Shown here piece by piece: positions 46,084 to 58,011 of a stretch of 64,000 nucleotides of DNA. Origin of the DNA: Flectonema sp. DT1601 (lineage: Eukaryota). The stretch's first letter is position 1, and each line of letters begins with the position of its first letter. Where the stretch lies: contig OZ025798.1 of NCBI GenBank assembly GCA_964019425.1, forward strand, positions 1,054,001 through 1,118,000, in the 5' to 3' direction. The position numbers and the translations under genes are program-made. The notes under the pieces were generated by a model. It had not been told where the DNA came from. It saw only the letters and a program-made list of their open reading frames with translations, and did no database searches.

Positions 46084-49000
46084 ATGGGCCAGGGTGCGGG
46101 TAAGTGGTTACACAACCCGCTAGTTGACGACAGTGATGAAGAATTACAAGAGCGGATCGTTCCAAAACAACAACTATTCAGTGATACAACCGTACCATAT
46201 GTAGCTTTAACAAAATTAAAATTAATAAAACAACTGGGAAGAACACCAAAAGGAGATCAAGTTGAATGGAATTCAAAAGATAAACAATGGGTTCACACTA
46301 AGTGTAAATCTGTTGTAACACAAAAGGAAGCAGCTAATATAAGAAATCACCACGATGTACAATCTGGTTGTGTGATTAGAGTGGTGGGTGATATTGATTT
46401 TAGCGACTTTGTGACATCAGTTGAAAAGAAGAGAGCGATTGAAAAACGAAAAATTTTCGAACTGCTTCGGAAGATCCCTCGAATTACTGAAGGAATGCAA
46501 ACAACTTTATTATATGGAAGTGTTGGTGAATTTAGAAGGCAGACCACAACAGAAGGTAAAAAAAGTACAGGTTACGAAGAATTATTGGGAAACAACAGCG
46601 ACGAAGAAGCCGATGATGAAATAGACTTAAATGATCAACCCCCTTCAATTAAAAACGTTGAACAATACTCTGAATGGTGTTCAAATTTAAAACAACATCA
46701 AATAGCTAAATTCATTAAACAATATCTTCAGAGATCAATACCGAATGCTGCGAGGGAAATGAAATCAGTTATATTCGTAAGTGATGTTGTTATTAATACT
46801 CCCAACGGTGTGAGGACATCAGACATAGCGAGACTTCTTAATAAAGGAATGCTCACAAAGGAAAAATTAGACGCAGACTATAGCAAAAAAGAAACTACTA
46901 AATGTGATCCATTGTTTCTACCATCAGCAAGTATTACTGCTGTGCATGCTTGGATAGAACAGGATATGGATATTCCAGTTCAGGGAGAAGAGAGAGCTGA
47001 GCCAGCACACATGCCATCAATACAACAATCGATGACTGAAGTAACTAGACAGCTATCTCAATACAGTAATCATGTCTATCTTGTTGATAGTGAAACAAAA
47101 CCATCAACACAACGAAAGTCAATCGAATTCACTGGAACTCTAATGAGAACACTTCTTGAAGGTCACGAACCAAATCCTGAACTACCTCCACGAAATCAAG
47201 CTCCTTACAGAAAACCGTGTAATGGAGCATGTTACGTCTTAGTAGGAGGTGATCCAGACACTTGTGTATTAGAAATACAACAAGCTGCTGAACAGAATTG
47301 TAAAGTAGTTGTTGTTGAAGGATCTGGTGGATACGCTGACATTATTTGCAGCACAATTAATAGAGTGAAGGAGATTGTTGGTACTAATGCTGCTGATGAT
47401 TTTCGAAATTGTCTCGGTGCCATATCACCAAGAACAAGTCGAATAATCGATTCTGGTTGTGTTCATATCGCAAGGAGAGGTACCACAGCTGATGAATTCC
47501 AAGAACTAATTAAGAAGGCTATGACATATGATGACTCACTGTACAGTGCTTGGTTGAAATACGCTCTTTGGGATTATAATTCTCAGTATTGCAGGCAGCT
47601 GTTTATATATTTGCAGATATTGGTTCTGTTTTTGGGAATCTTGGCGACTACTTTATCAATTTTACAAACATTTTTACAACTGCAGTACCCAGAAGACACT
47701 GGAGTGGGTAGCAGCTCTGCAAAGCATTCTAAGTCATTAGTTGGTCAGGTCTACACTTGGATGGGTCTCGTTGTGGTTGTCTTACCTGTTGGCTTATCTC
47801 TTGTTGAAGCGATTGAAAATAAATTAAATGCTGGAGGTCGTTGGGTTGCTCTTCGAACAGCTTCAGAATCCCTACTCAGAGAGATCTACATGTACAGAGC
47901 TCAAGTTAGATCTTACAGTTCACAAGCAGTAAGAGCAAGTGTTCAAAGAAATAAACAAAGAAATTCTAAGCTCCCAAGAGACCAAAAGCAACGTCCTGCT
48001 ACAGCGCCAGCACCAAACATATCAGCTGTTCCAGCTGTTACTGGTTCAGCAGCTGGTGGAAATGAAGAACAAGCTGAAGAGAGTGTTGAGACCTGCACCA
48101 ATCGTAAAGTTCAAGAAGAACTCAGCAGAACTGATGAGATTACTTATAAAAGCCGTCAAGAGAAACTAAGTAGTTGGACTGAAATGCTCATAAACGATGT
48201 CAAAGATGGACAATGTGCTAACAATACACTGGAAGCTTATAATGGACCCCTCCCTCCTCATCACATATTAGAAGCTTTTGATGATGGCTGGTCAGACTTA
48301 AGTCCAGATGAGTACGTCTGTTATCGTTTGATTCCTCTAATAAAACGATACGACCGAGCTGCGAAATACTACGAAGCACAGCTGTCGCTATTTACAGTTT
48401 CTAATTATGTTCTTGGAGCTATTGGTACATTGTTGGCTGCACTGTCGTCTGTTCCTCCTCTGGATACATATAATCTACAGGCTTGGGTTGCACTGACTAC
48501 TGGAATCTCTAATGCTGCTACTCGGTATATGGATTATTGTCGAATGGATTTCTTACAAAAGAAAAGTAACAAAGTAAAGATGGCACTTCACGATGTTCAA
48601 TCCTGGTGGGACAGCAGAGGAAACGAATCAGAAAGTCAAGCAGTTAAGAATGACTTAGTCACTCGAGTTGAAGCATTAATAACAGGGGAATTCGTTGAAT
48701 GGGGAGGACAGATGAAGAAAGAAATGGACAAATCTAAGAAAGACAATAACTACGAAGATGCACAAGAGATGGCCAGAAGACTAGCGGGTGAAGAAGCAAT
48801 GGAACAGCTAACTCAAATAAAGGAATTAGGATTGGCTGACATATCAGCTAATAACCTCCTGGCTGCTTTAGAAAATCCAGATGGTCCTGAAAGGAAGAAA
48901 GTATTCGATTCTATGACCAGACTTGCTGGTCACATTGAGCAAAGTACTGGATTTGAAGCTGAAAAGGTTCTGGAGCATAATCTCATTAAGGAAGTTGAAA

Positions 49001-52000
49001 AACAAGCTGTGGCTTTAAAGAATATTACAAACGAATCACTTCTTGATGACGTTGGTCAATTACTTCATAAGAATCTCGGAGGGATGGCGATGGGTGACTT
49101 CGTACCAGCAGACTTGGCGGCGAAGTTAAAAACACCAAAAGATCGAAGAAGAATCTTCCGATCAGTTGAAAAGCTAAACCCAAAAGTACTCTCTCGACAA
49201 GACTGCCTTGGAATGCTTTCCCAAGCTGGAGGAATGATCGCTGACACGGTAGCAGATTTAAGTCAAAGGCAAATGTTAGAAATTTTAAAAGAAGGAGCTG
49301 TTGAACAACTTCACGAAGAGCTGATCGGAGGATTAAAGAAGTTCAACATCTGTCTTTATGATTTAATACCACGTGATGAGATGATTACTGAACTACTTTT
49401 AGAACTGAAAGATGTCTGTAAAGTTGACTGGAGACGAATGCAAAGCGAATCTATATTAAAACTAGTTAAGAACTCAGAACTGAAATCCAGAATGTCAGAA
49501 CTCAACGAAGTAGCATTACGAGGTTTGTTAAAACGTTCTGACAAATTATTTAGACAAAAAAGTGCACAAGTGTTACAATCTGTGATGGAGAAAATCTCAA
49601 AACTCGACGTTGAGGAACTCTTTAGCACTACCCAACTCAGAGCAGAAGTCTTCGATACCCTAGAAGACCTTGAGCAAGCAAGCGGAAGCAAACTAGCTAT
49701 TTGGTGTCTTACGAAGGAAGACCTACTTGCAAAGCTGCCACCTGCTATTCAAAAACTAGAACACGTTGTTAATAAACCACAAGCTCAGATTGTTGAATAC
49801 ATCAACACTATTAAAGGAGGATTCTCGGCAAGTCGTATTTTCAGGGCATTTCGAGATGAAATTAATGAAAATCCACCTTCGAAAGGAGGAAAAGATCAAG
49901 ATCCCCTCACACATACAACACTAATGGCGTTGTACAAGAATAAAAGATTGACTGACAGATTCGCATTCGCGGTAAAGTCTATCACACAACTAGAAGTCAA
50001 CAGATGTGATAAAAAGATGTTGATGCGAAAGTTAGCGATGTCACCCGCATTTTCAAGTGAAATGGTCGATGAGCTGAAATTTCTTGACGGAGACTCATTA
50101 AAAGCTTTGATGTCTTGTTTAAAGAGTTATATAAGTAACAGCTACCAAGGTAGGGTTTTTGATATTCTCTGTGATGAAGTATCTACTTTTGACTTAAGAA
50201 ACTTACTACCAGATGCTGAAGACAGAGAAAAGTTTATAAATCAGATTAGGGAATTCAAAGGTGTTGACATTAAACAAGCACCAAAGAAAGATTTAATCAC
50301 TACTTTGGCATATCAATCTCTTGTATTAAAATTTATGAAGCTCAGCGAAGAACAAATTAGAGAACTAATTGAACGAGCATTGACTCTGATGGGAAATGCT
50401 TTCCACAATGGAATATTTGTAACTTCTTATGTTGATGAGTTTAAAATTAATCCAGAAGATGAATTACAGAGATGGGATGAAGAGATGGTTGATCGTCTCT
50501 GTCTTTGTCTCTTAAGACAACCTGTTGATATAACTGAAAAAATGGACAATGCTCGCGGAGAAGCATCAAACATACTTCAAAATATCGGAACTCAACCAAA
50601 AGAAGTTCTTGAAACAATTGAAACACAGATGCTTGCTATGCTTCCTGATAGAATGCTGCATCCGATGTTACCAGGTTGGGAAGCTGATCGACAGCTTCGA
50701 GTTTTCTCAAACATGAGAACACTTCTTGGAGAACGTGTTCTTGCTAACGTATTCGAATCAGCTGCAAGAGAATTACCTCCAACGTTAGCTATCAGATTCC
50801 AACTTGCTTTTTTAGATCCTCGAAACAGACTCTCAATGCTTGCTTGCTTTGAAGAACTAATTCAGTATCCTTTTGACCAGCTCAGCTCAGAGAGAACGAA
50901 TCTACTTGGATACATGATCAATGGAAATATTCACAAACGCCGCTTTTTGGAAGCCCTCGAAGCTATCTTAACTGGATCAGAGCTGACCAATACTAGCTGC
51001 TTACAAGATCTCGTATTACACTTAATAAATGAAATACTAATATCAGTTCCCTACAGACTTTTCTTAATGCTTTGTCTACGTATCACTCGATTTGATTTAC
51101 GAGAAGTGTTGGATGATCCACAGACAAGAAGACTCGTAGCAGTTGTATTGCTGAAGTGTTTTCAAAATAATAAAAAACTGAGAGAAACAGCGGAACATGG
51201 GGGAGCAAAACCTCACATTCTAACAGTAGACGCCTCTCCTAAAGAAATATTAGATTCTTGTGATAATCTGTATGAGTATGAAATGGTAGCAAATGACCTG
51301 AGGATGTTGTCTGGTCCACAGATGCAACGATTAGTGAGAGAAGTGATGTCGTTTTTTAAAGAAACTCATATCGGTAGATTCTTTGAAAAGCTACTCGCAA
51401 AACATCAGCATGACTCAGAAGATCATGATTCCTCACATGATGACTTATCATACGATGATGATGATGATGAGTGTCGCAGTAGTACATCACTTGGTTACAA
51501 TATTGTAATCGAGTCTGTCACAAGTATCAAAGGACACCTTCAACTCGATCCTAAAAGAGTAAAAACTGAATTCAGAGGTTTCGATGCCGAACAATTCTTT
51601 GGAGGTACAACAGAAGAAGAGAAGACGATTATTCTTCAAAAATACATTCCGGATGACTCTGCTGTTCGGAGGATTGCTCAGTTCAGTCAAATTCAATATA
51701 AACGTCTATTTGCTCACATCAGTGCTTTACCATGGAGTAGAGCTTCAAATAGCTGTAGCGATGATAAACGAGAATCCTTAGACATGCGACTGTACCATGA
51801 GCGTCTTCAAGAAGAGAGGCAGAAAGTTAACTTTGTAGTTTACGAAAAAATCTTATTAGAAAATCCACTAACCCCTTCACTTGATATGAATGTATGTATT
51901 CTTATATAAATTATGTTAATAACAACTGTCACTAAATAACAATAACTTTATTACAGCCTGATTTCCGTGGGTTCGAACCCGAGGAGTCTGTCATTATCGA

Positions 52001-52124
52001 TCAGCTATCCCCTTATGAATTGGTATGTTTAACTGCTTGTGTTGTATTTTTAACGCTATTTTCAAAACAATATATAAAAAAAACACATAAACAGAGCAAG
52101 GCTGGGGTATCTTTTGCTACATAG
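46084..52124 (+). CDS. SLOG (TRPM/LSDAT-type) + two SLATT 2TM modules + helical-repeat tail, ~1967 aa, 3 exons
   Basis: Exons 46084-51891, 51957-52022, 52095-52124. CYVLVGGDP...VVVVEGSGGYADII is the LSDAT/TRPM SLOG signature. TM pair followed by RWVALRTASESLLREIYMYR, then DDGWSDLSPDEYVCYRL, a second TM pair and LVTRVEALITGE...W (SLATT/DUF4231-like). Confidence 0.88.
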
Positions 52125-52475
52125 CCTTACGTGAATAATTAATCATGTGCCACTGCGAAACCAGCGAGCTATGATGTTAATAATGGAGTACCCAATACCA
52201 ATCGCATTTGCTTTCCTATGAAACCCTTGTGCCTGTAGCTTCCGTGCTGCATATATCCATTTCTGTTACTTTCTCCAAAGGTTGTTCCTGTCTATACAGA
52301 TTGTGAAATCCTTTTTCAGCTATTTATTAGTTTTGTTATTTAGTAGGAAATTAGTATGTTGAGACGATTCTAGTTATAAATGAATTCCTTTGTGACAGGG
52401 TACGAACAAATGATATGATTTGATAGACGAAAAACAAGAGAAGACTTCGATAAAACAGAAAAACAGAGTGCGATC

Positions 52476-52877
52476 ATGGATACTGTTCCTTTTCGAAGTC
52501 GTGGTATCGAATGGATATATGTGATGATGTCAAAGGGTATACGAGGAGAAGGGTCTTCACCAACACTTCGTGTCCACCTACAAGGATACAAAATCATAAC
52601 CGGAAATGATTTATTAGAAAGGATTATAAATTGTATGAGTGAGAATGTTCAGAAAGCTGCTAATGAAAATCGTGAAAATCTTAGAATTCATTTTCAAAAC
52701 GAACAATTATCCCTCGATGACATCATAGAGAACACCCGACTAGTAACAGCTTGCAGTATAACACTCGTTTTATTCGAAGAAAAATATCTAATTCCACCTC
52801 CACCCGATGTGGATGATCCTTCACCAGGTTCAGATGGTGAATCACTTTATTCCGATGGAACAGCAGTTTCTCTTTAA
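52476..52877 (+). CDS. Small protein with probable ubiquitin-like (beta-grasp) fold and acidic/Pro tail, 133 aa
   Basis: ATG ORF. Pattern TGNDLLERI...LRIHFQNEQLSLDDII...LVTACSITLVL resembles ubiquitin-like domains. Confidence 0.6.
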   Translation: MDTVPFRSRGIEWIYVMMSKGIRGEGSSPTLRVHLQGYKIITGNDLLERIINCMSENVQKAANENRENLRIHFQNEQLSLDDIIENTRLVTACSITLVLFEEKYLIPPPPDVDDPSPGSDGESLYSDGTAVSL

Positions 52878-53000
52878 CAATGATAAACCACACAGATTAC
52901 CTTTACAAACATAGACAGTAGAGTGGTATGAATATTGTAGTCGTTCCTTTTGTATTAAAATAATTAATTCAATTTGTCAGTAATAATCAGTAGTAGTAAA

Positions 53001-54245
53001 ATGGAAGAGCCAACGCTGAGCTTTCGGGTTAGAGTTGCAACCCAGATGGCAGAAGTAAAGGTTCCATTAAATTCAAGAGTTTCTGAATTGAAGGAACTGA
53101 TAGCCACTCGTCTAATGGGAGCTGAAGACAGTACAACAAGAGGAATGCGTCTTAAAGTTGGAGACAATGAGTTGCGTGATTTCGATATGATTTCTGGTTG
53201 TGGGATTACCTCTGATAGCGTTGTCGATATTGTCTCTCGTGATTTTGATTTTCATATGCCACACCACGAAGAACGCTATTCAAAAACTGCAAAGATAGGT
53301 GAAGGGACTTTCGGAGTAGTATACAAAGCAAAAGATCTACTCACAGGAAAGACTGTCGCAATCAAGAGAATAAGAAGCGATCACGAGGAAGAAGGAATCC
53401 CAAGTTCTGCCGTCCGTGAAATGTCAGCCCTTCAAGAATTAGATCATCCGAACGTAATGAAGTTACTCGATGTGTTATTAAACCCTAGAATGTATTTAGT
53501 ATTTGAATTTATGAGTTGTGATCTTGCGAAATATATTCAAGAGCACCCAAACCCTCTCTCTGCCGACAAGATCAATCTGTTCATGTACCAATTAGTTTCT
53601 GCGGTAGATTACTGTCACGGTAAGCGTATTATTCACAGAGACTTAAAGCCTCAAAATATTTTAATTTCTGATGATGGTGAAACTTTAAAAGTTGCAGATT
53701 TCGGTCTTACCCGAGAGTATCAGATCCCACTAAGAACATACAGTCATGAAGCTGTTACCCTTTGGTATAGAGCACCAGAGATATTATTAGGTTCTAAGTA
53801 CTACTCTCCTGAGATTGATGTCTGGTCAGTTGGTTGTATTTTCTCAGAACTCGTCACTAAGGTTGCGTTGTTCCCTGCCGATTGTGAAATTGACTGTCTT
53901 TTTAAAATCTTTCGTGTTTTTGGAACTCCGAACACCACTATTTGGCCAGGCATTGAATCTCTGCCAGACTTCAATGCGTCATTCCCGTCATGGAAACCAA
54001 CTAAGCTCTCTGATAAACACCCAACAATGGAGCCTTTCGCAAGAGATCTATTCGCTAAGATGCTCCGCTACGATCCAACAAAGAGGATTACTCCCGCACA
54101 AGTATGTTTTGTATACTCTTGGTTAAAACGCAAACAACAAACAAATAACGGGAAAAAAAAAAAAAAAAAACAGGCACTTCGTCATCCTTACTTCAACATA
54201 AGAAATATTCCAGTAAAGAAACCTGAGGTTGTGTGTGCTCCTTAA
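53001..54245 (+). CDS. CDK1/CDK2-family cyclin-dependent kinase with N-terminal ubiquitin-like domain, ~390 aa, 2 exons
   Basis: Exons 53001-54101 and 54174-54245. Motifs IGEGTFGVVYKA, EGIPSSAVRE, HRDLKPQN, ADFGL, YSHEAVTLWYRAPEILLG and ALRHPYF. Residues ~5-80 are ubiquitin-like. Confidence 0.92.
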   Translation: MEEPTLSFRVRVATQMAEVKVPLNSRVSELKELIATRLMGAEDSTTRGMRLKVGDNELRDFDMISGCGITSDSVVDIVSRDFDFHMPHHEERYSKTAKIGEGTFGVVYKAKDLLTGKTVAIKRIRSDHEEEGIPSSAVREMSALQELDHPNVMKLLDVLLNPRMYLVFEFMSCDLAKYIQEHPNPLSADKINLFMYQLVSAVDYCHGKRIIHRDLKPQNILISDDGETLKVADFGLTREYQIPLRTYSHEAVTLWYRAPEILLGSKYYSPEIDVWSVGCIFSELVTKVALFPADCEIDCLFKIFRVFGTPNTTIWPGIESLPDFNASFPSWKPTKLSDKHPTMEPFARDLFAKMLRYDPTKRITPAQVCFVYSWLKRKQQTNNGKKKKKKQALRHPYFNIRNIPVKKPEVVCAP

Positions 54246-55537
54246 GGACTGTTTTCTTTTCTCCTCCCCACTTTTTTTTCCTTTTTTTTTACCCGTTCGT
54301 TCTCACCCTTATCATTACAACAATAACACTGAACTATAAATAATGGAAGAAAAAAAAAAAATAGAAGAAAAATTAAAAAAGGAATCAGAACAATGGGAAT
54401 TGAGGATACCGAGAATAGCTTGTTGTGTAAACACACTTCCTGGTAGTCACCGGTTGTCGAGCAAAACTTTTATAAAACAACAACTGTAAGTTTTGTATCG
54501 CTCTACCGTTCTATGCGTGTGTCTTTTATCTAACTTCGTAAGCTTTATTTTATCCCAATCACCTTTCTATTCCTTTTTTGTTTGAGAGACTCCGAAGGTT
54601 GTTGTTGACTTTGTGGTTTCCTCTCCCCCTTGTCTTTTTCTTTTTTTGTTGTTGTTGTTGTCACAACTAGTACCTACGTATTGAACGTTGTAACGTTTTG
54701 TTGAGCCTATTGACTTATCGTGGACTTGTTTGCGTCTTTTGGCCCAAGCAAGGTGACTGTACTGATAATAAGAGCCCGCTGAACTCTAAGAAAACCCCAC
54801 ATGTAGACCCCTCGGTTAGACGGCAATTGTGTAGAGCACGCTCAATGCGTGAGAAATAGAATTTAAAAAAAAAATAAAACTAAAAAAAAAAAAAAAAACA
54901 GCTGGAAAAATAAATAAATAATAACAAAATCAATGAAATGAATCCGAAAACTCTAACTTTCTTCTTCTTTTTTTTTTTTTTTTTTTTCATTCACTTGATT
55001 TAGTGACTTCTCGTCAAAATCTACATAAAAATAAATACAGACTTCGGTAAGTCGTGGAAACAAAATGGTTTTCTTTCTTTACTTTCGAGAAGAAAACTCA
55101 GCATCCCCGCGGAGTCTTTCAGTAGGTATTGCTGAAAGTCGCTAGTTGACTCTTAATTATTCTCCTTATCTCTAAAGTTCAATCGCGAGATCATATTCTT
55201 TGAGTGAATAGATACTTGGTATTTGAGTCACTTTATTGATGTGTTGATTGTTTGTATTGTTCTGCAGGTTAATTACTCATCCAACTCAAGCAGACGACAG
55301 GCAAACATTCTACGGTTGATTTGGGACTCCAAATAAAATAAACTCCAAAGCGCTTGAGCTGCATAGATTCTTTCTCACGTTTGCGAAAAAACCACTTCTC
55401 GGAAAACGTTTTTAAAATGAACTGCGTTCCTCGATTCTTTTTTTATTGTTGGAGTATTCTTTTAAGAACGTTTTGTCTCCCCGACAATACAGCTGTGGTA
55501 GTGCTTCGAAAGTGAGCTGTTGCATTAAATTTCCTCC

Positions 55538-55568
<31 letters not shown>

Positions 55569-57142
55569 CTGTTACTTTTTCTTTTGCAACACACTTACGT
55601 CTTTCCCTTTTGACTAACACACACAATCACACTACAGAGCGGGGGGGGTGAGCATTTTTCCTCTTTTGTTTTTCTCTTTCGTTGAGGAGATCTCACTTAC
55701 ATTAGCTCACTTTTTGTTTTTTTATGATACCCTAATCCTAGGTACTAATATGATTATCGAGGATTTCGTACTGTCGCTATCGAGGGATTGATAGCAGTAC
55801 TTTAATGGGAAAAGTTGCGAGCAGCCAAAAGTGTTTTTTTTTTTTTTAAAAAAAAAAAAAGAATAGAAGCAAGCATATTTGTCGCAAATATAGTTTGTCA
55901 TGTTTTATATATAGATGATCTTGCGTTGAGATGATGTCATTTTTTGATTTTCGAATGCATCCAGCTAAAAAAAATAAAAACCTTCTTTTACATTCTTGGC
56001 TAGCAAGTCACTTCTGTCGATTTTTTAATTATTTTTCCTCCCTCTCACACTTCTTTTGTTGTTTTTCTTTTTTAATGTTCAACACCCACAGCACCCACAT
56101 TAGATTTCAATTATGTTTACCTTTTTTTTTTTTTTTTTTTTTTTAAAAATTTATTTTTGTTGTTGCCTTGTCCGAACGTTTTTTTTATTTCTCTTCATTT
56201 ATCTTATTCTGTTTGATCACCATATATAATAAATACCCCTAACCATGTGAAAAAACTCTCCCTATGCGATGAGCTGTGCTGCTTACTGCTGGACTCCATG
56301 TGGTTTTTTTAGTGGGTCTCGCATGTTTTTTTAATAGCATGGCATCCCTACATAGTAAATAAGATAACCTTTTCTGATCCTACGCACCTAATACTTCTTG
56401 CTTGATATTTGTGTGTTTATCAAAGATAAGAAATATATCCAGGGATTTCTAAGGAGGCATTCGGGCGAAGATATTTTTTGGTGTCATGCCTTGGAACGCC
56501 CAGTATGAAAATAATAATAATAAAAAATAAAAAATAAAAACCGAAGAGCAATGAAAAAAAAAAAAAAAAAAAAAACATGTCGTTTACTTGGGAATCTCAC
56601 TTCTCTTAGGCGGAGTCTTGGAAACCTGCTTTTGTGGAATTTGTTGATTCTTTTTGTTGGAAGAGACTGACGTCGATTTTTATCTCTGATTGCCTCGTAT
56701 CTGGAATTCTTTCTAGCATCGACCTGTCTCAATATCTAGAAAAACACCACGAAATATTAAATTGTTGCAACTACTAATAAAAATAGTTAACAAAAAAATT
56801 CGAAAAAATAAAATAAAAATAAATAAATACAAATATTATCTTCTTCCACGCACAACATGTTCTTTATTTTTTTCCGACTGTCGCTGAAGCTAAAAACATT
56901 TCTTATGCATATTGCGGTAGTACACACCGCCTGTATTCATTTATTCTAATGAACTTATTAAGCACAGTACATTGCGACGTTCATCCATTTTGTGTTTTCC
57001 CTTCCCACGAAAGAATCTCCTTTGCGGTCCGAGACGCTTCCCCTTTTCTTAGATTTTCATCTTCATGTTGATAAGATTTTGTTTATAGAAATTTAACTTT
57101 TTTTTTGCCTTCAACAGGACTCAGCTGTTAAACACGAATACG

Positions 57143-57826
57143 ATGTCCATTCCAAGAGGACCTACAGCAGTTCGTAATAGTGATTATTGTTTACTATGTG
57201 GGTTTAGTGTTTCAACTAAAAGTATTAACGGGCAGCCAGAAGGCGAAGTGTGTCATCAATGTAGTCATGTTCCAGTAGGTCTATGGAGACTACCAACACT
57301 ACTATCTGAGATGGGTGTCACTGATACACAGATAAATGTTATAGTGAGGGATATTGTACAAAGGTGTAATTTGAATTTTGATCCCGAGGGTGAAGTAGTC
57401 AGCGTTTGGGGAATGAAGGATGACGTTGTGAAGCTACCCCGAACTGTACACGCTCTGCGAGAAGCTAGATTAAATACTAATGTGAAATGGGTGTATGCTA
57501 AGGCATTAAGATTAAATTTTGAAAAAAATAAAGTTTTTGTTCTCTCCAAACAACAATCGGCAGCTTACCCACATCGTTGCATTGCAAGACTTGGCAGATG
57601 CAAACAGTCAGATTCAATAGATAGCCTGGAATCGTTATTCGCTTCTGGATTCGACTCCTGTGAAATAGAAAATAATTTTCTTGTACCAACTCGTGACCAG
57701 ATAATCTTTATTTCGTCAAAGCCGCAGAAATCTAATAAATTAGGGGTTGTTATAGCCTTAGCCATCTTATACTTCTGTATTATTAGCATGGGTTACCTCG
57801 TTAACCTTGACATGAAGTTCTTATAG
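57143..57826 (+). CDS. Hypothetical tail-anchored protein with N-terminal CxxC...CxxC, 227 aa
   Basis: ATG ORF after cttcaacag. CLLC and CHQC pairs. C-terminal hydrophobic helix GVVIALAILYFCIISMGYLV. Confidence 0.7.
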   Translation: MSIPRGPTAVRNSDYCLLCGFSVSTKSINGQPEGEVCHQCSHVPVGLWRLPTLLSEMGVTDTQINVIVRDIVQRCNLNFDPEGEVVSVWGMKDDVVKLPRTVHALREARLNTNVKWVYAKALRLNFEKNKVFVLSKQQSAAYPHRCIARLGRCKQSDSIDSLESLFASGFDSCEIENNFLVPTRDQIIFISSKPQKSNKLGVVIALAILYFCIISMGYLVNLDMKFL

Positions 57827-57893
57827 CGTCACAATACAATAGTAATGCATGGCAATAAACACGCGATTCCGACCTTTTTGTATTTATTTTTTA

Positions 57894-58011
57894 TACCGAC
57901 GTAGTCGGAGAAGAAACTATTCAGATTGAAAGCCGATATGACTTATTTCCCCGTGCTGATAGGATTCTGTCTGCGTTCAACGAAATGCAAGGCTGATCTG
58001 AGTAGTTTTTT
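57894..58011 (+). repeat. Dispersed hairpin-forming element, copy B
   Basis: Aligns with copies A and C. Carries an internal deletion after gccgatat. Confidence 0.85.
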
